Positions 1 through 43,763 of a stretch of DNA of 64,000 nucleotides are shown piece after piece. The position numbers and the translations under genes are program-made. Source of the DNA: Octopus sinensis (lineage: Eukaryota); NCBI RefSeq assembly GCF_006345805.1, contig NC_043003.1, positions 47,182,001 through 47,246,000 on the forward strand. Direction: 5' to 3'. How positions within the stretch are numbered: the stretch's first letter is position 1; every line of letters starts with the position of its first letter. The notes under the pieces were generated by a model that was given only the letters and a program-made list of their open reading frames with translations, did not search any database and was not told the origin of the DNA.

Positions 1-318
1 GTGGACCATTTTATTTTGTTTTCATCTCCTTTTGGTAACGGTTCAACTAATTCACACCAATACTAATGTGCATTGTAAGAACTGAACATTATACCCATTA
101 CTTAGTGAATTAAATTTTTTTTTCTCTCTCTCATCACTACTTAATATTCTATATTATTCATTTGTGTACTATGATATCATAAATAGGAATAAAAGGCATT
201 TATGTTAACAGATTGGCTGTCGTGGTTTTTTTGATAGCTGTTGAAAATCTTCATGTATTTGATGTTGGAAATAGAGCTTCAAAGGACAAATTGTTATCTA
301 CGTTCTATGTGTTGTGTA

Positions 319-635
319 GGCATACGAGGGGATGTGTGGTAAGTAGCTTGCTGACGAACCACATGTTTCCGGGTTCAGTTCCACTGCGTGGCATCTTTGG
401 CAAGTGTCTTCTACTATAGCCTTAGGCTGACCAAAGCCTTGTGAGTGGATTTGGTAGACAAACTGAAAGAAGCCTGTCATATATGTGTGTCTGTGTATGT
501 CCACCCAACATCGCTTGACAACCGATGGTGGTGTGTTTACGTCCCCGTAACTTGGCAGTTCAGCAAAAGAGACCGATAGAATAAGTACTAGGCTTACAAA
601 GAATGTCTCAGGGCCGATTTGCTCGACCAAAGGCT
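319..635 (+). mobile_element. tRNA-derived SINE (family A)
   Basis: Head TGTGTGGTAAGTAGCTTGC...GGTTCAGTTCCACTG with A/B-box-like motifs; same family recurs at about 3055-3392(-), 15970-16353(+), 53462-53790(+) and in many partial copies. Confidence 0.8.
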
Positions 636-1575
636 GTTTACAACGATTGTTGTAAACAAGTGTCACAGTCATGTAAACTTTTTCGCTTCCAATCTTCCAT
701 GAAAAAATGTCTAGTCATGGGGGATTAATACCTTACTCGGAAATGGGTAAGGGTTGGTGGCTGGAAGGGAATATGGCTGTGAAAATCCATCTTGACAAAT
801 TTGATCTGACCCATGCAAGTGTAGAAAAGTGGACATTTAAATGACGAAATGCTTGGTTTTCTTCCCTGGTTCCATGGGTTGGACAGGGACCTGTATGAGG
901 CAAGATTTTACTGCTGGGTGTTCTTACTGTCATCAGCTTATGTTTTTCAGTCAGTCATGTGAATGAACATTCAGACATGGATATACAACAGAATTTTCAT
1001 GTACCAAATTCACTCCAGGCATTTGTGCAGTACTATAGAAGACACCCAAAAAGTTGTGCAATGTGGTGACCTGAAACCATTTAGCTAAAAGGCAAATTTC
1101 TTAACCATTCAGCTATGCTAGATGTTCCAGTCTTTTTTGTATATCAGGGACTGTTTAGTGTCATCATTTAACATCCACTTTCCATGTTGGCATGGGTTGG
1201 ACAGTTTGACTGAGGACTGGCAAGCTAGAAGGGTGCACCGGGTTCCAGTCTGGTCTGGCATGGTTTCTACAGTAGGATGCCTTTCCTAACGCCAAGAGTG
1301 TAGTGGGTGCTTGGAGAGGCATCAAGCTGTAGAAACCTTGCCAGATCAGATTGAAGCCTAGTACAGTCCTCTGTCTTAATTCAGTGGTGAGATTTGACTT
1401 TTTTTCCAGCAGGTCAGGGCACCTACATAAAGACTTACACTTTGGCCTCTGAGCTGATGTCATATTAACTGTCAGGAAAATTAAAGATTTCACCAGTTTG
1501 TGAAAGCCTACAAATTATGAGCATTGATCCAACTGAATTTTTTTTTAATTACTTGTTTTTTAAAAAGTAGGTACT

Positions 1576-1750
1576 TCATCATCATCGTTTAACGTCCGCT
1601 TTCCGCGCTAGCACAGGTTGGGTGGTTCGACCGGGGTCTGGGAAGCCAGGGGCTGCACCAGGCTCCAGTCTGATCTGGCAGTGTTTCTACAGCTGGATAC
1701 TCTTCCTAACGCCAACCACTCTGCGAGTGTAGTGGGTGCTTTTTACATGC
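1576..1750 (-). mobile_element. 3' fragment of RTE-like LINE or LINE-tailed SINE ending in (GAT)n
   Basis: Matches the 3' tail of the LINE at 27480-29497; further copies at about 5810-6068, 16985-17530, 20950-21117, 22519-22750 and 34370-34607. Confidence 0.75.
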
Positions 1751-2388
1751 CAAAAATGAATATTATAAATTACAAAGCAATATTTCCATTTTGGGATGAT
1801 TTATGTTTATCTTAGAGGCAAATCAACCCTCACTGAGCAGAGCTGTGATCAAAATTATTTTTGCCATAACCAACCCATCTTTTTCGAGGTATGTTGGACA
1901 TAATGTTATGATAGCAGATTGAATAACTGTAAAAGCTTCCGCCATTTGCTGCTAATCAGGAATGATTCTGTTTTTGTTCAGTCACATTGGAACAAAGTAA
2001 GCTAGGTTGCTTGTTCCTCAGCACAGGTAAAGTTAAATATGATCACCAAGGCATCATGCTAAAACATAGCAGTGTACTATAAATCAAGATCTTGAAAATG
2101 CTATCAATATCTCAATGCAAGGCAATTCTTGTGGCCTCAGACAAGATGCTTTGCTGTATTTCTGCTCGCCAATTATGCTCTGAGCTCAAATTCTGCTATG
2201 GTTGACTTTACCTTTCATGCTTTTGGGAGCAATAAAACAAGTAGCAGATGAGTCGAGTACTGGGGTAGGTGTGATCAACTAACACTCCCACCACTAAAAT
2301 TTCTGGCCTTTTGCCAAAATTTGAAACCATTATCAATGTCCCACTGCCCCTTGGTTTGTAGTAACATGAGTCATTGGGAAAGCTTCTT

Positions 2389-2535
2389 CAGTCATGGGCA
2401 ATCTGTGGTCCATGGGAATTGATGAACAACACCTGTAATGAAAAATTACCTTGAATATTTTTGGTAGTTAATCTGCCTGATAATGAACCAGGTCTCATGC
2501 AACCTTTTTCTTGGAGAAAGGGTTACCTACGCTTG
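2389..2535 (+). mobile_element. Short hAT-type MITE (about 147 bp)
   Basis: CAGTCATGGGCAA terminus and internal ACCAGGTCTCATGC shared with copies at 38132-38277 and 38689-38837. Confidence 0.65.
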
Positions 2536-3054
2536 TTCTCTATAGTCACTCGACCTGCTAGAAATAACAGCTAAATCTCCTTCAAATTACGCCTTAACTG
2601 CAAAGATGGGATGGTCATGGCTGGTAAAGCTAATTAGACCAGGTAACCTTTTTTTTAACGGCTAGAAACTGACTGAAGGAGCGACTGTGTAGTAGAAAAG
2701 TTTACTTCCTTATGCAATTTCGTCGACAGGTGTTCTCTACTATAGCTCCAGTCTACCAAATGCCTGATGAATGGATTTCATAAAAGAAACCTATTGTGTG
2801 TATATATATAAATATGCGTGTAGGTGCGTCAGCATTTTACAACAGTTGTCAACATACGTCACTGTGGTGTCATTCAATTGAAATATGAAACGTGTATCTG
2901 ACTACTGTGCGATTCATGTTCCAAAGATTAAGTAAAATATCTTGCTTAGCAAACTAGTGAAGGTTAGCGATATGAAAAGCGTCCGGCTGATGAAAATATG
3001 CCTCAAAAATTTCATAACTTGTACAGGCCTGGAGAAGTGAAAGTTAAGATAATA

Positions 3055-3392
3055 CTCTTTTACTTGTTTCAGTCATTTGACTGTGGCCATGCTGGAGCAC
3101 CGCCTTTAGTCGAGCAAATCGACCCCAGGACTTATTCTTTGTAAGCCTAGTATTTATGAGCCGCTAAGTTACGGGGACATAAACACATTACCATCGGTTG
3201 TCAAGCGATGTTGGAGGAACAAACACATACATATATATACGACGGGTTTCCGTCTACCAAATCCACTCACAAGGCTTCGGTCGACTCCAGGCAATATTAG
3301 AAGACACTTGCCCAAAGTGCCACGCAGTGGGACTGAACCAGAAACCATACGGTTGGTAAGAAAGCTACTTACCACACAGCCACTCCTACACC
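3055..3392 (-). mobile_element. tRNA-derived SINE (family A), near full length
   Basis: Reverse-complement match to 15970-16353. Confidence 0.8.
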
Positions 3393-4154
3393 TATCATCG
3401 CAATGATGATTATGTAACTAATAATCTCATCTTGAAAGATTGAAATTTCTTTCTTACATCGACACAGCATTTCGGTTTCTGATCATCCGACCGATATTTC
3501 TTATTCCTCCATATTGTTTCTAGTACGAAAATGTAACCGTATCAAAAGAACAGCTATTTTTCATGGATTTAAGTTTCTGTGGCTATGAACCACACTGGAG
3601 CACTGTTTTCAAGGGTTTTCCTAAATGATGTCGATCAAGTACTGACGTTCATTTTTAACGAGTTGACATTTTAGAGTTACCTCCCTTTAGTCGTGTGACC
3701 ACTATATTTTCCATGGGTGATATCTGTAGTTTCGTATAATATACTGCTTTCACAGTGTATAGTTAAAAGAGGCATTTGCTCAAAGTGCTCTGGAGTGATA
3801 TTGAACCAGGAAGCAGACTTTTAAACTACACAGTCATGTAGGGATTTGGGAGATAAATCTAGCTACTGTATTTGCAAGTTCAAGGAATATGGATGGCCGA
3901 TTTAGTAGTACACTACACAACTATACAAGGACTTGTAGCTCAAACCCTAATTGAAGTGCGTGATCAAACATCTGGTACTCAATGGCTAAATCCACGTAAC
4001 TGGGATTACAGGATGTTTGGGCCAAATTTGATGTATTGGTGAACAGTCAGTGACATGGGAGAACATACAGATTAAAGTTGTAGTTGAAAATAAGTTACCT
4101 GACATGAAGGACTGGAAACTATCTGAATATTGATAGTTATCCTGTATCATGATG

Positions 4155-4350
4155 TTGTATCTGGGGAGAGTCATTTTCTTTTTGTGCCTTATAATTTAAC
4201 ACACTCACCAGTAAAATTTCCACTTATTTCTTATTTTTATTTTCGTTGTCTTGCAACCTTTTCAATAGTCTTGACTAATAAGTGGAAATTTTACCAGTGA
4301 GTGTGTTACATTATAAGGCACAAAAAGAAAATGACTCTCCCCAGACACAA
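4155..4350. repeat. Long inverted repeat, 74-bp arms and 48-bp spacer
   Basis: 4155-4228 is the near-perfect reverse complement of 4277-4350 (about 4 mismatches). Confidence 0.9.
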
Positions 4351-7094
4351 AAGAATATGCTTCAACACACGAACTCATATAAAGAATCTTGCAAACCAAG
4401 TCCAAAAACGAAATGTATCAAGATGATTCACACCAGTAACATAGCTTGTAATTTAGTCTCAGGTCAGCCCCAATTGAGCAAATTCAATTCATCAAAATGG
4501 TTACATCCCATATTATATTCAAGTGCAATATATCTTAGGTTACTCAATGCTTTCAAGGCAGCAACCTGACAATCATTAGCATGCCAGACAAAATGCTTAA
4601 TGGAATTTCGTCTGTCTTTTCATTCTGATGAGATCGACTTTGCCATTATCCTTTCAAGGTCAATGAAATAAGTACCAGTTAATCAATAACTTGAGTTGAT
4701 GTAACTGACCAGCCTCAAAATTCCAGGCCTTGTTCCTGTAGTAGGAAGTTATTTAATTCTGCCTTTTGCTCCCTCTCTCTTTGTTCTAGAGCAAAGGAAT
4801 GTGGTTTGAAAATGAACTTTGCCATCACTTCTCTGTAGACTTGAAAACATAAATACCATTCCAGGCTGGTGTAATTCAAACTACACTGTTATACCCAGAT
4901 CAAACCTAATCCAATACATTCCAGCTGTGACTATCTACATAGTTGTTTTACGGACGTATCCAAATTCATTATTCAATGTGTGTCTCATTTCAGACTGAAT
5001 GGTGAGATTTGAGTTTTACTGTAGTTCTAGCAGGTTTGAGCAACCACAAAGAGATCATCATAGATTTCTGCTAAAACAGAGGCCAAAAAAGTGTGTAACA
5101 CTAAGTTGTTGTGCAGCCCCAGGTCAGCCCTGACATTGTGTAGTAGTCAGGCATGATTGCATTGTTAAAAAGTTCACTTTGCAACACATTTCAGGTTCAG
5201 TCCCATTGTGCAACTCCTTGGGCAAGTTTCTTCTTCTATAGACCCAGGTTGACTAATGCCTTGTAAGTGAATTTGGTAGAAGGAAACTGTGTGGAAGCCC
5301 ATTATGTAAGTATATATGTGTATACATCATCAGCTTAATCCCAAGGAAACCTGAAATAAGAACCAGGAATTTTTCTGGACTCAGAAACTATTATCTTTAT
5401 CCAATATTATATACAGTAAGCACATACACACACACACAGAACCAACTTTCACACTGCTTGCTATTTTCAATTCTAACTGAACCACTAAACAATGCTTTGA
5501 GAAATGCATGAATGCCACAAATTCCATTGAGCCCTGCACATGAAAAGATATCTAGGTAATTTTTGCAGTAAGTTTAGTCATATACTGGTTGGCTAACCTT
5601 TTTGTTACCATATGAACATAAATTTACATGAAATTTTGATGGGAGGCTTTAATTTAGGTCACTTTAAAACGGGAAGTTTATATCAGAGCCAGGGGCAGTT
5701 TCAGGTAGGATGGTATCAAAAAAGTTAACCTAGGTCAGCAGTGATACAAGAAACATGATCAAAGGTATGCCAGCAATGGTTATGCTGTTATCTTAAAATT
5801 GTATGTGCTGCCTGACTGGTCCCATGCTGGTGGCACATAAAAAGCACCATTTGAGCATGGCTGATGCCAGACTGGTCTTGTGTCAGTGGCACGTAAAAAG
5901 TGCCCACTACACTCTTGGAGTGGTTGATGTTAGAAAGGGCATCTAGCTGTAGAAACCTTGTCAGATCAGATAGGAGGCTGGTGCAGCCTCCTGGCTTACC
6001 AGTCCTCAGTCAAACCGTCTGGCCCATACCAGCATGGAAAGCGGACGTTAAACGATGATGATGATGACATTAATGTGTTCTTTCCTATTCAAGATAGAAG
6101 AATGCAATTTCAAAACGATTTTGTTGCTACTTCCAGTAAGTGAACAGCCTATTACAGTTGATATGAGAGTAACTATATTAGACAAAAAAAAACAAACAAA
6201 AAAAAAAAGGCAAAGAGGATATATATTTATAAAATATCCAGTTCTTTCCCCACTTACAGGAGTATAATGACAGAAATAGTTATAGATTGGGTAACCTTTT
6301 GTGAAACTGCCATAACACCTAAAATAGAGAAGTTCTAACCATTCCAGTCATTCCAAAATATATTTTTTTGAAAAAATCCATAGCTGTCTCTAGCCAGTGA
6401 GACCGACCTAGTAGAATATCCCAAGCTATTGTTAATAATTGTAGGAGGTGCTTATGTAGTCACAAGTAGGCATTGACACCCTCTTAGCCAACCTATCTAT
6501 TGACCCAGCAGGATGTAACAAGTGGAAGGTAAGAGCTACACCAGCATTAGTGCTGGTACTCATTTTCAGTTAAGTAAACTCGAGTGGTATAAAGAAGCTG
6601 CTTGCTCAAGGACAACGCACCACCAGGCCCAGGAATCAAACCCTCAATATTATGATCATGGGCCCAACACCTTAAACACTATACTAACAATACAAGTGAA
6701 GGGTTTCTAATCAGAAAATGGACTCAGATAATTTCTAATAACTGATCAGATTTGTCCAGCAAGAACAAATTGCCAGAGACTTCGAGTAAAGGTAATTCAG
6801 TAGCCTAGTGGTTTGGGTGCTGCACATATGACTGCAAAATCATGGTTTCAATTCACCGAGAAGTGGTACATTGTATCCTTGAGCAAGACATTTCATTTCA
6901 TGCTGCTCCAGTTTAATCAGCTTTAAATGCGTAACCCTGCAACATACTGGGGTCCCATTCAGAGGGAATGTTGGCCTGCCCACCAAGCCAGTCGAGTGGC
7001 ATCATTTGAAAACTACAACAATGCAAAGAAGCACATTGTGACCAGTGGTATATAACATCAGACATAATATGAAGAACATTATTAGAGAAATATT

Positions 7095-7175
7095 TTTATT
7101 TTGTGAAGATTTAATCAGATGGGGAATGTTAGGGTTACCCCCAGAAAATATATAAATCACATTGAAGAATTTATT
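7095..7175 (-). terminator. Candidate ADH5 polyadenylation signals (AATAAA at 7170-7175 and 7095-7100)
   Basis: Two minus-strand AATAAA hexamers about 110 and 185 nt downstream of the stop codon; which is used cannot be told. Confidence 0.45.
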
Positions 7176-7284
7176 AAGGGAGGCAAGTCCTATAAACATT
7201 TTCATAGTTGAAAACTATAAAAAAATAAAAATCTAATTCTCAGAGTCTTGTCAGCAAATCACTTCATGGTCGTTAACATCAATA

Positions 7285-39678
<32,394 letters not shown>

Positions 39679-40951
39679 TTTACAAGAAACGAACGTCAAA
39701 CTGCAGTTACTTGTCTTCTTTAACAGTTAGTGATGGTCGGTACCCGGCGCGTGTCTTTCTGTATTATTGCTTTCTTCTCTGTTTGCTTTATCTCCCTTTC
39801 TCTCTCACACATACTTTCTCTCTCTCTCCTCTTACTCTATCTAGCATGCTTCTCTCAGCCTTCTACCATTGATTTTCTTGTTACTCCCGATCTTTTTTTC
39901 CTCTCTTTTTCTGTTTATCGCTTTTCACTCACCCTCCTACTATCACTTATATTACTGATAAGTACAGCTTTTGCTTTCCTCCTCCTTCATCTTCTTTTAT
40001 AACCTCTCTCTCAATTTTCTCAGTTTAATCCTCCCATAATATCAACGATGATGTTAATTGCTGCCCGTTACTCTCTCTTTACCCGACTGACGTTTTTTCT
40101 CACGCTGGATGTCTGCTCTCCTTTTCTCCCCAGCTCTGCTCTTTTCTTGTTTTGTATTTGAGCCATTTCACCTTTGTTTAGTTTCACCGTATTTGTTTAT
40201 TAGTAACCTTAGTTTCCCTCAACATATTCCATTTAATTTTTATACCTGATACGAATTTATATACATTTTTAATGATGATAATGATGATATGGTGGTAGTG
40301 GTAAATAGACTGTGATATGTAAATGTTTTCTAACAGGCATCCCTTCAAGGCTAGATTAAGAATAACCGATGTTCTTAACACAACTCCCTCGACCCGTCCA
40401 TTGTCTGACAAGACATAAGTGATGCATGTGAAATAGTTAAAAAATCAGTTTTCTTCCACGTCACTCTGTAGATCAAACCCCACAATACTAAATACTAGCA
40501 AGCATTGTCAACAAATTATTTACTTTGAATAAGGACAACAAGAAAAAAATGCTAATTTTCATATTTCATTATTAATTGTTCTGTAACTGATATAAGGGGA
40601 AAAGGCAAATGAAAAGCATTGTTTATATTTTTAAGAACAATACATTGCAACACCTAATAACTTATACAGTAATACAAATTAGACCATTTTGGTTTAATGT
40701 AATTTGTTGTAACAACTGGTCCAACGCTGATACCTATTTAACAATTTGTTCATTGTCCGTTTATATATTGTTCGTGCAATAAATTTATGTATTTATTTAT
40801 TTATTTATTTTTTTCTCTTGGGCAAGCGAGTAGGACAAAGCCATGGACATTTTACTCGGCCTCTGTATTTGGATGAATTGCCGAAACTGACGTCTGTATT
40901 AAGAATTCTCAATCGGTACATTTCGGACGATTATGGTCCTGTTAGTGAATA

Positions 40952-42241
40952 CGAGGGGCGTTCAATAAGTAATGCCCCTGACCCACTTCCCATAGCAGTA
41001 GAGCAACGAAACTTGGCACAGTTATTAGTCTTTTTCTACATAGGAACCACCCAGAGTTACGCATTTCTCCCATCGTTTGATGCGGCTCCGGAGACCGTTT
41101 TTGTAGAAGAACCCAGCTTGGTCCTCCAACCTCAACGTGACTTCAGAAATCAAGGCTGCATCATCTGGGAAACGCTTTCCTTTCAAAAACAACTTCATGA
41201 TTGGGAAGAGGTGAAAATCAGAGGGTGATAGATCAGGAGAGTAAGGGGGTGGGGGAGGAGTTCATAGCCATACGCTTGTGCTTCTGATCTGGCGACAAGC
41301 GAGTTGTGGACCGGAGCGTTGTCCTGCAGGAGGAGGATGCCTTTGCTGATCTTGCCCCGCCTCTTGATTTTGATAACTTCTCTTAATTTCCTCAAAAGTG
41401 AAGCATAATAGGCTCCTGCAATTGTGGTACCCTTTGCCAGGAAATCTGTCATCACTACTTCGTCCTGGTCCCAGAAGACTGTGAGCATGACCCTGCCAGC
41501 GGAGGGCTGCACCCTTGCCTTCTTTGGAGGAGATGAGTCACGGTGCTTCCACTGCATTGACTGGGTTTTGGTCTCTGGATCATCGTGATGGACCCAGGTT
41601 TCATCCTGTGTAATCAGTCTTTTGAAAAATTTTGACTCATCTTCTTGGCACATCTCCAAATTCACCCTCGAGCACTCGACGCGTTCTTGCTTCTGGAAAG
41701 GCGTGAGCAACCTGGGAATCCATCTGGCAGACACCTTTTGCATATGCAAATGGTCATGAATGATAGTTTCCACAGACCCGGTACTAATCTTGACCTCATG
41801 GGCTATTTGGCGAATAATTATGCGTCGATCTTCCAAAATGGCAGCCTCAACTTGATGGACAGATGCCTCATCAATGGCAGAAGGGGGCGACCAGATCTGG
41901 GAGCTGTTTCCACAGAGTTCCGACCATGTTTGAATTCACGATGCCAGCGTTTTACAAGGTCATATGATGGGGCATCATCACCATAAGTTACTTTCATTTC
42001 ATCAAAAGTCTCCCGTGGTGTGCGTCCTTTCAAATACAAAAACCGGATCACTGCTCGACACTCAACAGGCTCCATTTCACACTTGACTCGGTTAAAACAC
42101 CTGTAAATCAGAAACACCTGTAATTCAGAGCTGTAATTTGCCACTTACTCTATAGAGATATAAATGATTGCACATGCAAAATTTCAGCTAGATCAAACAA
42201 CTGCAAGTGGGTCAGAAGCATTACTTATTGAACGTCCCTCG
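40952..42241 (-). mobile_element. Full-length mariner (DD34D) transposon, 1290 bp
   Basis: TA TSD at both ends; about 37-bp TIRs CGAGGG(G/A)CGTTCAATAAGTAATGC(CC/TT)CTGACCCACTT. Confidence 0.96.
41025..42075 (-). pseudogene. Mariner transposase with two frameshifts (irritans-like)
   Basis: MEPVECRAVIRFLYLKG..., WIPRLL, TQDETW, VMLTVFWD, QDNAPVH and YSPDLSPSD with D-34-D spacing; 1051 nt, consistent with two 1-nt deletions (near 41882 and 41245). Confidence 0.93.
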
Positions 42242-43763
42242 TATGTGTTCATTCATGTGCGTTAACTACAGCATTAGAGCGGTTTCGCTTTTATTTCTAG
42301 CAAAGTAGGTGTTTCCTAACACCCTAGTCACATTTAGTAACAAATATGATTCTCTTTTTTGGTGAAACATTGCAAACTGCTGTTTATATCAATTTTATAT
42401 ATACACATTAGCGAATCGCTAACACATCCAATAATTTGGACGGCGAAACATAAATACTAAAGACGAGCGAAACCAGAAGCAGCCGAACAATCAAGCGGTC
42501 TTGACTGATGAGGCGACGGGAATTGCCGAAACTGACGTCAATATTAAAAATTCTCGATTGGCACTTTACTCTGTTAGCGTATATGTTTACAGTCATATTC
42601 ATTAACTACAGCTATGTAGGTGTTTACTAACACACTAGTCACATTTAGCAACAATTATAATTCTCCTTTTTGTTAAAACATTGCAAACTGCTGTTTATAT
42701 TATACATAGATAGATATATACATACATAAACAGACATGTACGTTTGTGTGTGCGTGTTTATATTTTCGGGTGTATGTCTTTATGTATATATAAGCATCTT
42801 ACACTTATATCACATAACATTCTTTTCCTTTCCATATTTTGCTTTATCTTCATTACTGTGTCGTGTGACCTTTTACTGTTGTTATTATCTTTTTCTGGTT
42901 ATCGCCTACTTATATTCTTCAGCAAAAACGTGAAACATGAGAACTCTTTTCTTCCCCACACTGTACACAAACTTATTCCATGTATTGAATTTTACTTAAT
43001 AGATCATTTCTAACGCAGACCATCATTTATTCCATCAGATTGAGAAATGCTAAAAATATCATAGCTATGTTGATGCTAACATAACACAATTGATACATAG
43101 ACTATTCACGATACATTAATTGAAAAGTTAACTTGAACTAACATGTGTGCTCTGACCAGTTATTGTAGAGGAGATAATCATTTTTAGATAAATCTTGGCG
43201 GGGTTCGGATAAATATGGCAGGACAGTGTGTATGACAGACGGTTCAGGGAGCCAACAACAGGTAAGTGGCTGTCTACTGGGTCATTCCCTAAAGAACAAA
43301 AAGCCCAACATGCCTCAATGCTGAGGACACTTTCTTCGTTATCCTGGGGCCCGAAAGTAGCGTTGTTCAGTTTTGCCAAATTTTTCTCAGAAGTGCTGGG
43401 TGAGGAAAAAATATATATATTGGTCAATGATTAATATTATTTTCCTCCGTGGATTTACAGAATTGGTAGTGCATCTGACAAAATGCTTTGTAGTATATAG
43501 CTATGCCTCTTTGGGTTTTGATTTGGCATCCTGCAAGATTAGCTTTGAGTTTCATCCTCTTGGAGTGGGGACGATAAAATTATTACTAGGCAAAGACTTG
43601 GGCCGATCTTAATCGACTGTATCCTCTACCAAACTAAGAACTTTTGTGTCTATGTTAAATATCAATACTATATTTTATTTATCGGTATGTACATAAAAAC
43701 AACTCCAGACACGCCTCAATCTTATACTAACTTCATCAGCGAAGCATAGTGTTTGCTAAGCTT

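Noticed and set aside
1-300. Possible 3' UTR of a neighbouring plus-strand gene
   Set aside because: Only AT-richness and an AATAAA; no exon evidence inside the window.
40746-41986. Plus-strand ORFs of 160 and 113 aa
   Set aside because: Antisense shadows of the mariner transposase.
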